A stretch of 64,000 nucleotides of DNA from Chloroflexota bacterium (GCA_025355955.1 JANXYP010000200.1:16125-80124); one strand, 5' to 3'; shown: positions 28,013-37,629, numbered from the stretch's first letter. Made by a program: numbers and translations. Notes: generated by a model from the letters alone, not told the origin.

Positions 28013-31000
28013 CTACGGTTGCATCAGCCGGTACAGCACCCTGGCGATTTCGGCGCGGGTGATGTTGGCGTTGGGGTGGAACTGGCTGCCCGCATAGCCG
28101 CTGAACACTTGGTGGTAGGCGGCGGCCTCGATGTATATATACGCCCAGTAGTCGGGCGGCACATCGCTGAACAGCGGTGGAATCGGCGTGTTGGTGGCCC
28201 AGCCTTGCGCTTTCACCAGCATCCTGGCCGCCTCAGCGCGGCTAATGGTACGCACCGGGTTGAACATATGGTTGCCGTCGCCGCTGACCACTCCCCGCGC
28301 CGCCAGCGTCTCCACCCAGGGGTAGGCCCAGCTCCAGGGCAGCACATCGGCGAAGGTAGGTGCGGTAGGCGCGATTTGCGGCCAGCCCTCCGCCAGAGTA
28401 AGCAGCTTGGCAAACTCGGCGCGGCTGGTGGGGTTGTTGGGCCGGTAGGTGTTGTCGAGATAGCCGCTGACCACGTTCTGGCAGTAGAGGTACTGGATGT
28501 ACTGGTAGGCCCAGTAGCCAGTTGGCACGTCGTCGAGGTGGAAGTGGCAGGGGCGCGGCGTATCGCTCGGCTCCGGGGTGGGATTGCCGTAGCGGATGGT
28601 GACGGGAATGCCAATCAGTTGCGCCGCATTGCTGGGGCCGAGGAACGCCTGACCCTGCCAGATGCCGCTGGTCATGCCCGGCTTATTCCAGGCCAGGGTG
28701 AGGCCAACCTGCGAACCGGCCGGGATGGTGCCGCTGATCACTGCTGGTGTAAAGCTGAGATCGGTGCCGCCAATGGTGTTGATGGTCAGGTCGAAGTGGG
28801 TGCCAGCGCTGGGAATGTTGGTGCCGTCCACGCGGATGCGGTAGTCGCCATCCAGCGCCGGGCTGATGCGGATGAATTCGTCGCCGCTCGGCCCGGTCGA
28901 TGCGGCGATCTCGTTCCAGCGGTTGTTGAAGAAGCGATCGAGGAAGAGGTCGATGTCGGCATCGTTGTCGGCGTGGGTAGTGAGTTCGAGTGCGGCGGTG
29001 TTGGTTAGCGTCAGGTTGTCGAACCAGGTGCCATACTGTACCACGTACAGGTTGCGTAGGGTGCTTTGCTGGCTGAGGCCGAAGGCGCTGGTGCGTAGGC
29101 CATTGGGCAGGGTCAGGCCAGTGGTGAGCGTAATCGGCACGCTGCCGCTGCTGGAGTTGGTGCTGACATCCACGCTGGCGCTGCTGAGGTTGACGATGCC
29201 CAGCGTGTCGGTGAACGGCTCGGCGGGGGCGCGCCCGGCGTAGCCGACGTTGTGGTGGACGATCTCGTGCGCCGCCTGCACGTTGTTGAGGTGGGTGGAG
29301 ACCCACTCCTCGGTGGCGCCGGTCACGCTCTGGAAGGGGAAGATGCCGCCGCCGATCCAGGAATTGACGCTGCCGCCCAGCAGCCACTCAGGGTAGGGGC
29401 CGAACAGGTTGGGGTAGGTGGTAGAGAAGAAGTCCCAGGGCGCGGGGCCAAGCACCACCGTATCTATATCGGTGGGATAGTGATTCCATTTGGTGTTGAC
29501 CCAGAGGAAGTCGTTGCCGCCCACCTGCTGGGTGTTGTTGACAAAGAAATTGCGCCACTCGCCCGAGTCGGGCCGCCAGTTCCAGTCAATCGCGCCGCGC
29601 ACCTGCCCGCTATCGAAGATGCTGGCTGAGGGTGGCGTGCCGCCCAGGGTGGTGTCAAGTGCGGGAGCAACCACGTTGGCAGCGATGGGGATAGTCTGGG
29701 TGTAGGCAACGTGGCCGGGGCTGGGATGGGTGGCTACCGTGAGCGCGCCCTCATAGGTGCCGGGTGGCTGGCTAGATGGCGCGGTGAAACTGGCGACGAA
29801 GGTTGCCTGGCCATGCGCCGGCACGATAAGCTGCGTCGCGCTCAAATTGCTGACCATCGGCCATGCCTGGTGGTGGTAGAAGGTGGCTTTCAGGTTGATG
29901 GTGGTGGTGAGGATGTCGCCCGCATCGAAGCGGTGCTGCAAGCCGACGAAGAAGCCATCCTTGACCCGCTGCAAGGGCTGCTGCACCCACATCTGCAAGA
30001 TAGTGCCTGCATTATAGGCGTAGGCGAAGCGGTTGAACTCTCCGCTCTGATACTCGCCGTCGTTGACCACCCCATTGTGGTTGTCGTCGTGCCAGACGAT
30101 GCCGTCGTGGTTTTGGTCGTGCCAATCGTAGGCCAGCAGGCTCCAACTGCTCTGATTGCTGAGATAGAGCGAGGTGGGGGTAATCACGCTAAACTGCTCA
30201 TAGGGGAAGTAGGCGGTAAGCTGCACCAGGTCGGTGCCGAGCGGGATCTGGTTGCTGAGATTCCAGAGGTAATCGGGGCGGCTGAAGTTGGCGGGACTCT
30301 CATTGGTGATGCTGGTGGAAACCGACCAATCGAGGCTGCCGGTTGCCACCAGGTTGTCGCTGCCCAGATTGGCGGTGAGCGGTGCGGGGCTGGGGTTATT
30401 CAGGGTGAAGCTGCGAGTGAGGGTCAGGCCGGGAGTGATGAAGCCGATCGCGCCGGGGCTGCTGCTACCCACGTTCCAGGCTGAGGGGCTGGTGTAGAGG
30501 CCCGCATTTGCGGCGGCAATGTCCACCGTGCGACCAGCGTCTACCTGGCCTGCGCCCTGGGCGAACACATCGTAGTTGAGGTTCTTCGCCCCCGCTTTGA
30601 GGATGTCCTTCGCTACCTCGCCATCGGGGTAGTAGCCGTGCGCCGACTTGTATGCCTGATAGAGCAGCGCGGTTATGCCCGCCGCTTCGGGCGTAGACAT
30701 ACTGGTGCCGCCCCACAACACCCAGTCGTTCCAACCATCGTGGCCGCCGGAGGGAGCCAGCTCGTTAATCGGGATGTCACCGCTGCCCCACGCGCCCACC
30801 GATACAATATCCGGCTTGGGCTGGCCGCTGGCGGCGGGGCCGCGATTAGACCAGGGTTGCACATCGTTGAACTTGATCTGGTCGGTGCCGCTAATCGGGT
30901 CGAAGGTGGTGGTTTCGCCGTACTGGGTGGATGCGCCCACACTGATGACGTAGGGTGAGGTAGCCGGTGGCGTTACCGTGCCGTAGCCGGGGCCGCCGTT

Positions 31001-32803
31001 GCCGCTGGCGACCAGCACGGCGGTGTTGGGCGCGTACTGGCGCAGCAGCGCAGACAGATAGCGCGATTGGAAGTCCCAGCCATTATCCGCGCCGCCGGAG
31101 AAGCCGAAGCTGAGGCTGACAACCTGGGCATCGTCGCCGCTGCCGGGGATGCCATCGTAACCGTAGGTCATCAGCATATAAGCGTCGTAGATAGTCTGTA
31201 CGCTCTGGTAGATATTGCCGATGGCGATCAGTTTAGCGTGCGGCGCGGTGCCTTGCACCATACCGCCCACGCCCGCGGGTTTGTAGGGGGGATAGCCGTC
31301 ATGATGCCCGTCAATCACTCCTTGCGCCACAATCGAAGAGGCGCACAGGGTGCCGTGATCCTGGCCGTAGCCAAAGCTGCCCATCATCGCCACCAGGCTG
31401 CCATTGGCGGGCGGCAACTCGGCGTAGAGCCAGTCGCTGGCGGGGATGGGGGTGTGGCCGTCGGCGACGAAGTAGAGCATCCCGGTACTGCGGTCGGCGT
31501 AGCCGTCACCATTGTAGTCGCGGGTGGCAACCTCGTGACCCTTGTACAACGGGTCATCGTCGCGGAAGTCGTGGTTGTTGTTGAGATCCACGATCACAGT
31601 GTCGTACACACCTGCGGTGTGCGCGTCTACCACCAGCACAGCGGGATACTCGTGGTAGGTATCGTAGACCAGGTTCTCGTCGGGGTGGATGCCGATGTGG
31701 TAAATACCGCTCTTGCTGGTGCCGGGCAGAGTGTAGGTGTGGCTGATGGGAGAGAGGCCCAGGTCGCTCTCCGCTGCGGTGGTGAACACTGCGGTCGCGC
31801 CGCTGACGGTCGTGCTGGTGTCAATATACCACGAACCCCAGCCAGTGATCGCGCTGCTGACGTTGTGGCTGATGCCGTAGTTGTAAAGCTCCATGCTCCA
31901 AGGGTCGTAGGCTAGCGGCCAGCCATAGTATGGCGAGTTGGGGTTGTCGTCGCGGGCATAGGTGTTCTGCAAATCGGGATGACCGAAGTCCACGCCGGTA
32001 TCCAGCAGCGCGACCTTCACTCCGTCGCCTTGGTAGCCTGCGTTCCAGGCGCTATGCACGTTCATTACGTCGAGCGCGTGCCAACTGTCGGGCGACCCGG
32101 ATGAGTTTTGAGATTTGAGATTTGAGTTTTGAGTTGGGCTATTGGCTGCTGAGGATGTCTTATCTGCGGTTGTAGGGGCGAACCGTTGTTCGCCCTGCTG
32201 AAGCAGCACGGACCCCTTCCCAACCTCCCCTGGTGGGGGAAGGGTTTTGCTTTGAGTGCCGAGGGTGGGGCGTTGGGGCAACGATGGGGGATTGGGTTTC
32301 GCTGACCCCGCTCTGCAATTTGCAATCTGCACTCCGCAATCCGGCAGCGGTGGCACTTCGACCGCGCTGTTATCCATCACCTGCACCACATTGGCAGGGA
32401 CAGCCAGCTTCAACACCTGGCTGGCGGCTACCGCGCCGAAGTTGAAGACCAGGCCGTTAGGGTCGGGGCGGCGGGAGACACGGTTCTGCAGCGGCACGCT
32501 CTGAGGCAACGCGCCGACACTGACCACGATGACGCTGAGACGCTCACTATCCTGGGCAGCGGCGGCCTTGTCGCGCAGCATCGGGCTGACTTTCTGTTTG
32601 AGCGGGTCGCTGGCGGCGGTGACTTGACCCAACTTCTGCGCGGCTGGCACAGCGGGGGCGTGCTGCATATCGGCAGGGGCGGGCGGCTGGGGCGGCAATG
32701 GCCCATAAGGGGCCGACTGGGCTAGCAACGCGGGCAGCATCAGAGCCAACAGCAGGGGTATGATAAAGCGTACCCGGCGGTGAGAGGTGGTAGGCAGTTT
32801 CAA
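28013..32803 (-). CDS. S8 (subtilisin-like) serine peptidase, ~1597 aa: signal peptide, I9-like propeptide, repeat-encoded linker, catalytic domain (D-T-G / HGT / GTSMSTP), large beta-rich region, three C-terminal SLH domains
   Basis: The ORF track starts at 33154 inside family-3 repeats. TTG at 32803 (GGAG 8 nt upstream) gives MKLPTTSHRRVRFIIPLLLALMLPALLAQSA. Catalytic triad motifs ALLDTGVDFGHPD, HGTLCAS, GTSMSTPEAAG. SLH-type repeats at the C-terminus. Confidence 0.7.
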   Translation of the reverse strand: MKLPTTSHRRVRFIIPLLLALMLPALLAQSAPYGPLPPQPPAPADMQHAPAVPAAQKLGQVTAASDPLKQKVSPMLRDKAAAAQDSERLSVIVVSVGALPQSVPLQNRVSRRPDPNGLVFNFGAVAASQVLKLAVPANVVQVMDNSAVEVPPLPDCGVQIANCRAGSAKPNPPSLPQRPTLGTQSKTLPPPGEVGKGSVLLQQGEQRFAPTTADKTSSAANSPTQNSNLKSQNSSGSPDSWHALDVMNVHSAWNAGYQGDGVKVALLDTGVDFGHPDLQNTYARDDNPNSPYYGWPLAYDPWSMELYNYGISHNVSSAITGWGSWYIDTSTTVSGATAVFTTAAESDLGLSPISHTYTLPGTSKSGIYHIGIHPDENLVYDTYHEYPAVLVVDAHTAGVYDTVIVDLNNNHDFRDDDPLYKGHEVATRDYNGDGYADRSTGMLYFVADGHTPIPASDWLYAELPPANGSLVAMMGSFGYGQDHGTLCASSIVAQGVIDGHHDGYPPYKPAGVGGMVQGTAPHAKLIAIGNIYQSVQTIYDAYMLMTYGYDGIPGSGDDAQVVSLSFGFSGGADNGWDFQSRYLSALLRQYAPNTAVLVASGNGGPGYGTVTPPATSPYVISVGASTQYGETTTFDPISGTDQIKFNDVQPWSNRGPAASGQPKPDIVSVGAWGSGDIPINELAPSGGHDGWNDWVLWGGTSMSTPEAAGITALLYQAYKSAHGYYPDGEVAKDILKAGAKNLNYDVFAQGAGQVDAGRTVDIAAANAGLYTSPSAWNVGSSSPGAIGFITPGLTLTRSFTLNNPSPAPLTANLGSDNLVATGSLDWSVSTSITNESPANFSRPDYLWNLSNQIPLGTDLVQLTAYFPYEQFSVITPTSLYLSNQSSWSLLAYDWHDQNHDGIVWHDDNHNGVVNDGEYQSGEFNRFAYAYNAGTILQMWVQQPLQRVKDGFFVGLQHRFDAGDILTTTINLKATFYHHQAWPMVSNLSATQLIVPAHGQATFVASFTAPSSQPPGTYEGALTVATHPSPGHVAYTQTIPIAANVVAPALDTTLGGTPPSASIFDSGQVRGAIDWNWRPDSGEWRNFFVNNTQQVGGNDFLWVNTKWNHYPTDIDTVVLGPAPWDFFSTTYPNLFGPYPEWLLGGSVNSWIGGGIFPFQSVTGATEEWVSTHLNNVQAAHEIVHHNVGYAGRAPAEPFTDTLGIVNLSSASVDVSTNSSSGSVPITLTTGLTLPNGLRTSAFGLSQQSTLRNLYVVQYGTWFDNLTLTNTAALELTTHADNDADIDLFLDRFFNNRWNEIAASTGPSGDEFIRISPALDGDYRIRVDGTNIPSAGTHFDLTINTIGGTDLSFTPAVISGTIPAGSQVGLTLAWNKPGMTSGIWQGQAFLGPSNAAQLIGIPVTIRYGNPTPEPSDTPRPCHFHLDDVPTGYWAYQYIQYLYCQNVVSGYLDNTYRPNNPTSRAEFAKLLTLAEGWPQIAPTAPTFADVLPWSWAYPWVETLAARGVVSGDGNHMFNPVRTISRAEAARMLVKAQGWATNTPIPPLFSDVPPDYWAYIYIEAAAYHQVFSGYAGSQFHPNANITRAEIARVLYRLMQP

Positions 32804-32934
32804 AGTAGGTCTCCAATCCAGAGGGGGAAGAAGGGGCGGTTCGCAGCTACTAAACCCAGTATAAAACAGCGAGGACGGGTTGTCAATCAGTGTGTTGCAA
32901 GGGGTGCAATTCACAGTTTTGCGATCATCGGGGC

Positions 32935-33120
32935 GGATGGCGTTCGCCCCTACGTCGACATTGGTGCTGGCGATGGGGATTGATGCGCTTCGAGCGGGCG
33001 GGCAGCCGCCCGCCCCTACCCCAACATTCGTGCTTTCGATGAGCATTGGTGCGCTTCGAGCGGGCGTATGCCATGCGCCCCTACACCAACATTGACGCTC
33101 ATGATGGGCATTGATGCGCC
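32935..33120. repeat. Three tandem ~60-bp family-3 repeats (cattggtgcgcttcgagcgggcg(g/t)… gcccctac), each ending in a REP-like GGGCG…CGCCCCTAC hairpin
   Basis: Homologous to the 2-copy array at 40463..40598 (…gcgcttcagcagggcgtatgccatacgcccctacgggtaaatccgc). Confidence 0.7.
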
Positions 33121-33192
33121 GCACTGACGCACAAAGGTATTGGCCAAGGGCCATTCTCAGCAGCTACGTATGCAACTACCAACAGCGTTTCA

Positions 33193-34227
33193 TTATTCAA
33201 GCTCATCGGCCTCCTGCGTAGAAAGGTGATTGGCACTTTGTTTCCACACATTACTTCGATGCCAATCGAGCACCTCTTTAGGAGGACATATAGCTTCATT
33301 ATTGGGCAGCAGTATTTGCTTGCCATCCATGTTCATTAGATCGAAGTTGTTGGTATCTGCTATCATCAACACGGGGCTAAGAGTTATTCTATAATCATCA
33401 GTTAGGGTGAACAGTCCGTTATCAAAAGCCCAGTGGTGAGTACGGCACAACGCCAAGCCATTACGTGGGTCATCTGTACTATTCTGCTCTTTCGGCACAA
33501 TGTGCGCTGCTGTAACCTCTGACAAACCACCAAGCTGAACCTTCAAGCCGCAAACAGCACATGTATAATCGTACTCACGCAGAACCAAACGACGAAAGGC
33601 ACTGTCTCTTTGGGGCGAGGTTGCAGTGTAACTGACTCGCTTCTCTTCAATGAATAGCTGAAACTCATCGCTCAAATGAGCATATAGTTGTACTTCTTGG
33701 CTAGCATCTTCCGTATCTGGTATTTGTGATATCTCCATTAGAGAGGAATCATCAATGCCTACAATAACAAACCGATCTTCATCTGAATTATAACTTTCAA
33801 TTAGCCCCAATCCCAGAATTTTATAGGTACAACCTTGTAGCTTGTCGTATTTGTCTGTTAGACGCTCAAGCACAACGAGAGGAACTTTATCGCTCATGCA
33901 TTTCAACAAAGCATTTTTGTCTGACATAGCAGACCTATCATTAGGACTAGTAGGTGGTGAGTAGGTAATACTCCATCGTCCATCTTGAAGATACGAGATG
34001 CTATCTTTATTACCATATCGGCTATCTGCAATGATTTTTACAGACAGGGCATACTCGGAACCTTTCGGCTTATAGACACCTCTGGCTCTAGTGACCAAAT
34101 ACTTTAGTTCAGGAACATACAAAGATATGTTTTCGATATAGGTGCAAGGAAGGGATCTTCCCGTGTACTTAACAAGCTTCGTAAGAGCTTTAGCACGTTG
34201 CTCGTTAGGCATATTATACCTTCCCAT
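33193..34227 (-). CDS. HNH-family nuclease (C-terminal CAVCG…AAHIVP…NGLALCRTHHWAFDNGLF) with ~230-aa uncharacterised N-terminal domain, in a low-GC island. Candidate modification-dependent (type IV-like) restriction endonuclease.
   Basis: 344 aa. GC content ~43% versus ~64% in the flanks. HNH motif (C-x2-C … H … N … H-x3-H-like). A terminator-like hairpin ggcggtaac…gtcaccgcc lies just beyond the 34227 end. The N-terminal domain is not assignable by eye. Confidence 0.65.
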   Translation of the reverse strand: MGRYNMPNEQRAKALTKLVKYTGRSLPCTYIENISLYVPELKYLVTRARGVYKPKGSEYALSVKIIADSRYGNKDSISYLQDGRWSITYSPPTSPNDRSAMSDKNALLKCMSDKVPLVVLERLTDKYDKLQGCTYKILGLGLIESYNSDEDRFVIVGIDDSSLMEISQIPDTEDASQEVQLYAHLSDEFQLFIEEKRVSYTATSPQRDSAFRRLVLREYDYTCAVCGLKVQLGGLSEVTAAHIVPKEQNSTDDPRNGLALCRTHHWAFDNGLFTLTDDYRITLSPVLMIADTNNFDLMNMDGKQILLPNNEAICPPKEVLDWHRSNVWKQSANHLSTQEADELE

Positions 34228-34296
34228 CGATGGCGCTAAAGGCGGTAACGCTTGGTTTTGTCACCGCCTTTGCTATGCCGCTTTGTAGTCTGATGT

Positions 34297-35190
34297 TTAG
34301 CCCTTGACCGAACCGGCCAGCAGCCCGCGCACGAAGTAGCGGCTGAGGAAGATATAGAGTATCAGCGGCGGCAGTGCGGCGATGATTGCGCCTGCCATCT
34401 GCACATTCCACTGCACACTGTAGCTGCCCGCCAGGTTCTGGAGCGCGACGGTAATCGGCTGCGAACTGGGGTTGCTGACCAGATTGATGGCGAACAGGAA
34501 CTCGTTCCACACCGCGGTGAACTGCCAGATCAGCACCACGATGAAGCCGGGTACCGAGATGGGGAAAAGGATGTGGCGATAGATACCGAAGAAGCCTGCG
34601 CCATCGATGCGTCCCGCCTCGACCAACTCGGTTGGCACGCCCGCATAGTAGTTACGGAAGATCAGGGTGCAAATGGGCAGGCCGTAAATGACATGGGTGA
34701 GAATCAGGCCATACAGGTTGCCGTAGAGGTGTATGGCGCTCAAGGTGCGGGTCAAGGGGATGAGGATGGCCTGATATGGGATGAACATCCCGTACAGGAT
34801 GAGCGGGAAGATGATGTTCGCGCCGGGGAATTGCCACTTCGCCAGCACGTAACCATTGAGCGAACCGATGATCGCGGTAATCAAAGTAGCGGGAATAACC
34901 AGCTCGAAGCTGTTGAAAAAGCTGCCAGCCAGGCCGGTAATGGATTGGGACTCGCTGCCAAACCAGGCATCGCGGAAGCTGTCGAGGCTGAAGCCAGTGG
35001 GCAGGGTCCACATATGGCTGAGGTTCACCTCAGTGTACGCTTTGAGGCTGGTGGTGACCAGGATGTAGACTGGCAGCAAATAGAAGACGGTGAACATCAG
35101 CAGCACCGCATAGATAACAATGCGCCAGGGATTGAAGCGGCGGGGCGGGGCGGTATAGACCGCTGGTGGGTTGGTGGCAATCGCGCTCAT
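34297..35190 (-). CDS. Carbohydrate ABC transporter permease (MalG-like)
   Basis: 297 aa, 6 TM. The EAA-type loop region TELVEAGRIDGAGFFGIYRHILFP is typical. Confidence 0.75.
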   Translation of the reverse strand: MSAIATNPPAVYTAPPRRFNPWRIVIYAVLLMFTVFYLLPVYILVTTSLKAYTEVNLSHMWTLPTGFSLDSFRDAWFGSESQSITGLAGSFFNSFELVIPATLITAIIGSLNGYVLAKWQFPGANIIFPLILYGMFIPYQAILIPLTRTLSAIHLYGNLYGLILTHVIYGLPICTLIFRNYYAGVPTELVEAGRIDGAGFFGIYRHILFPISVPGFIVVLIWQFTAVWNEFLFAINLVSNPSSQPITVALQNLAGSYSVQWNVQMAGAIIAALPPLILYIFLSRYFVRGLLAGSVKG

Positions 35191-36122
35191 TGCTTCACCT
35201 CGTTTCGGAAGTTGAAGATCAGGTAGGGGATGATCAGGATGCTGACCAGGATGAGCAGAATCATGGCAATGGCTGCGCCACTGGAATACTCGTTAGCCGC
35301 GATGGTGTCGAACATATTGAGGGCGGGTACATCGGTGCCAAAGGCGGGGCCATGGCCGCTCATGGCGAACACCAGGTCGAAAATCTTGAGCGAGATATGG
35401 CCGAGGATGATCACCGCGCTGAGGGTAATCGGCTGCAGCAAAGGAAAGATGATGCTACGGAACACCTGCCACTCGGTTGCGCCGTCCACGCGGGCAGCCT
35501 CGCGGATTTCGTCGGGGATGGCGCGCAGGCCCGCAATGTACATCGCCATCACATAGCCTGACATCTGCCATACCGCCGCTAGCGCCACCGAGAAGATGCC
35601 GCTATCGGCGTTGGAGAACCAGGTCCAGGTGAGGGGGTCGAGGTTGAACAATTGATCCACGCCATGTGGATCGCCTGCGGTGCCAGGCGAGAGCAGCCAA
35701 CGCCAGGCCACGCCAGTTACGATGAATGAGATCGCCAGCGGAAACATGAAAATATTGCGGAAGATAGCTTCGCCCTTGACCTTTTGATCGAGCAGGATGG
35801 CGAGCAGCAGCCCAATCGCAAGGCAGACGACCAGGAAAGCGATGGTAAAGAACAGGGTGTTACGCAAGTCTTGCTGGAAGCGGAAGGTACTAAACAACTG
35901 CTGATAGTTTTGCAAGCCAACGAACTTGTTCGTATAGTTGGATTGGTTCCAATCGATGACCGAGATGTAGGCACTCGCTCCAATGAAGAAATAAACGAAG
36001 ATGGCGATGGCGATTATTGAGGGAGCGATGACCGCGATGGAGATAATCCGATCAATTCTAACCCGCCGTTTCTTCGGCTCGTAGGGGGCAACAGCAGTCA
36101 TTACCGTATCTGCCTGGCTCAT
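35187..36122 (-). CDS. Carbohydrate ABC transporter permease (MalF-like)
   Basis: 311 aa. EAA loop IPDEIREAARVDGATEWQVFRSIIFPLL. 4-nt overlap with the downstream permease. Confidence 0.75.
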   Translation of the reverse strand: MSQADTVMTAVAPYEPKKRRVRIDRIISIAVIAPSIIAIAIFVYFFIGASAYISVIDWNQSNYTNKFVGLQNYQQLFSTFRFQQDLRNTLFFTIAFLVVCLAIGLLLAILLDQKVKGEAIFRNIFMFPLAISFIVTGVAWRWLLSPGTAGDPHGVDQLFNLDPLTWTWFSNADSGIFSVALAAVWQMSGYVMAMYIAGLRAIPDEIREAARVDGATEWQVFRSIIFPLLQPITLSAVIILGHISLKIFDLVFAMSGHGPAFGTDVPALNMFDTIAANEYSSGAAIAMILLILVSILIIPYLIFNFRNEVKQ

Positions 36123-36189
36123 GTTATGCTCCTAAAGAATGGGGCGGCCAGAGCTGACCGCCCCATTACCCTGAAAGTAGCGGTTAGCC

Positions 36190-37629
36190 TTACTTGCCCA
36201 TTGCAGTCGCTGCGGCAGTTACCAGTTGGGACTGGGTAGCCGTAACATCCTGCTTGGTAACGAAAGCATTGACCGCATCGGTGTAGTCCTTGACCCAGCT
36301 TGGCTTCGCGGCAGCACCGTGGACAACGCTAGGAACAATCGTGTCCTTGGTCCAGTCGCTCATCGCGCTCTTGAGGTAGTCGTTGTAGCTGGGTTGACCG
36401 GCGGCTGGCTTACCGGCATCGGTGCGGGCCGGAATCGAACCCTTGAGCGGGTTGAAGATGTCCTGACCCTGCTGCGAACCAGCCAGCTTCAGCCAGGCGA
36501 TGGCGTTGTCACGATCAGGTGCGCCCTTCGGCAGAGCGAAAGTGTCGGACAGCGCATCGTAGATGCCCTTGGTACCGGGGGCGTTAACCCAGCCGTAGTT
36601 GGTGAAGTTCTTGGCGATATAGTCGGCGTTGGCCCAGTCGCCCATGATGGTCATAGCGGCCTTGCCGGAGATGACTTCGCTGTTGGCCTGGTCCCAGCTC
36701 AACGAAGCGTGGTCGGAGTTGATGTAGCCTAGCATCTTCTTGAAGGTGTTGAGCGCTTCGGTGACCTTGGGGTCGTCCCACTTGGTCGTGCCAGTCCACA
36801 GACCCTTCCAGCCATCTGCGCCGAGGGTGCCGAGCAGCACAGTCTCCATAAGGTGCGGGGCAGCGAAGCTATCCTTGTCGCCGAGGGCCAGCGCGGCAAT
36901 ACCTTTGGCCTTGAGCGCATCGGCGGCGGTGAAGAAGTCAGCGAAGGTCGCGGGCGGCTGCAGGTTGTTGTCGCTGAACACCTTCTTGTTGTACCATAGT
37001 ACGTTGGCGCGATGGATGTTGACCGGCACCGACCAGTAGTGCTTGGTGCCGTTGGCATCGGTGGAAGAGACGATGTCGAGAACGCCCTGGGGGAAGGTCT
37101 TGGTCCAACCCTCGGACTGATAAAGGCTGGACAGATCCTCGACCTGACCGGCAGCGACGGGGCCGTCAATCAGTTCGTGGCCCATATGGATCTGGAAGGC
37201 ATCGGGTGGGTTGTTGTTCTGCAAACGGTTGTTCAGTACCGCGTGAGCATCCTGGCCCGCTCCGCCTGCCACCGCCGAGTTGACGATGTTGACGTTCGGG
37301 TAGGTGACGTTATAAGCCTGATACAGCTTCTTGAGACCGGCTGCCTCACCGCCGGTGCTCCACCAGGAGAACATCTCAAGTTTGCCGGTAAGGCTGGAAT
37401 TGCTGGTGCCAGTCATCACTGCTGTGCCAGTCATCACTGCCGTACTTGCCATTACGGGTGTGTTCGCCATTACGGCTGTGTTCGCCATTACGGGTGTGCT
37501 GCCGCCGCTGCCAGTAGCCGCGCCCGCGCTAGGGGTCGATGTGCCATTGTCGCCGCCGCAGGCAGCGAGCAGGGGTAGCAGCATCAGGATGCTAGCCAGG
37601 GTTAGGATGTTATACTTGGGTTTCCGCAC
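36190..37629 (-). CDS. ABC transporter extracellular solute-binding protein (family 1, sugar-type), lipoprotein
   Basis: GTG at 37629 with AGGAGG 7 nt upstream gives MRKPKYNILTLASILMLLPLLAACGG. In-frame 18-bp tandem repeats (TAVMTG / TPVMAN) follow the lipobox. Confidence 0.7.
   Translation of the reverse strand: MRKPKYNILTLASILMLLPLLAACGGDNGTSTPSAGAATGSGGSTPVMANTAVMANTPVMASTAVMTGTAVMTGTSNSSLTGKLEMFSWWSTGGEAAGLKKLYQAYNVTYPNVNIVNSAVAGGAGQDAHAVLNNRLQNNNPPDAFQIHMGHELIDGPVAAGQVEDLSSLYQSEGWTKTFPQGVLDIVSSTDANGTKHYWSVPVNIHRANVLWYNKKVFSDNNLQPPATFADFFTAADALKAKGIAALALGDKDSFAAPHLMETVLLGTLGADGWKGLWTGTTKWDDPKVTEALNTFKKMLGYINSDHASLSWDQANSEVISGKAAMTIMGDWANADYIAKNFTNYGWVNAPGTKGIYDALSDTFALPKGAPDRDNAIAWLKLAGSQQGQDIFNPLKGSIPARTDAGKPAAGQPSYNDYLKSAMSDWTKDTIVPSVVHGAAAKPSWVKDYTDAVNAFVTKQDVTATQSQLVTAAATAMGK

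Noticed and set aside
32804-33154. Upstream extension of the S8 protease ORF to 33154
   Set aside because: The extension is encoded by family-3 tandem repeats. The TTG at 32803 gives a textbook signal peptide followed by an I9 propeptide.
33155-34260. The low-GC HNH gene as a phage-derived homing endonuclease or prophage remnant
   Set aside because: No flanking phage, integrase or intron/intein context. The gene stands alone between chromosomal genes, and homing HNH enzymes are usually much smaller. It is kept as a candidate type IV restriction enzyme instead, with this alternative noted.
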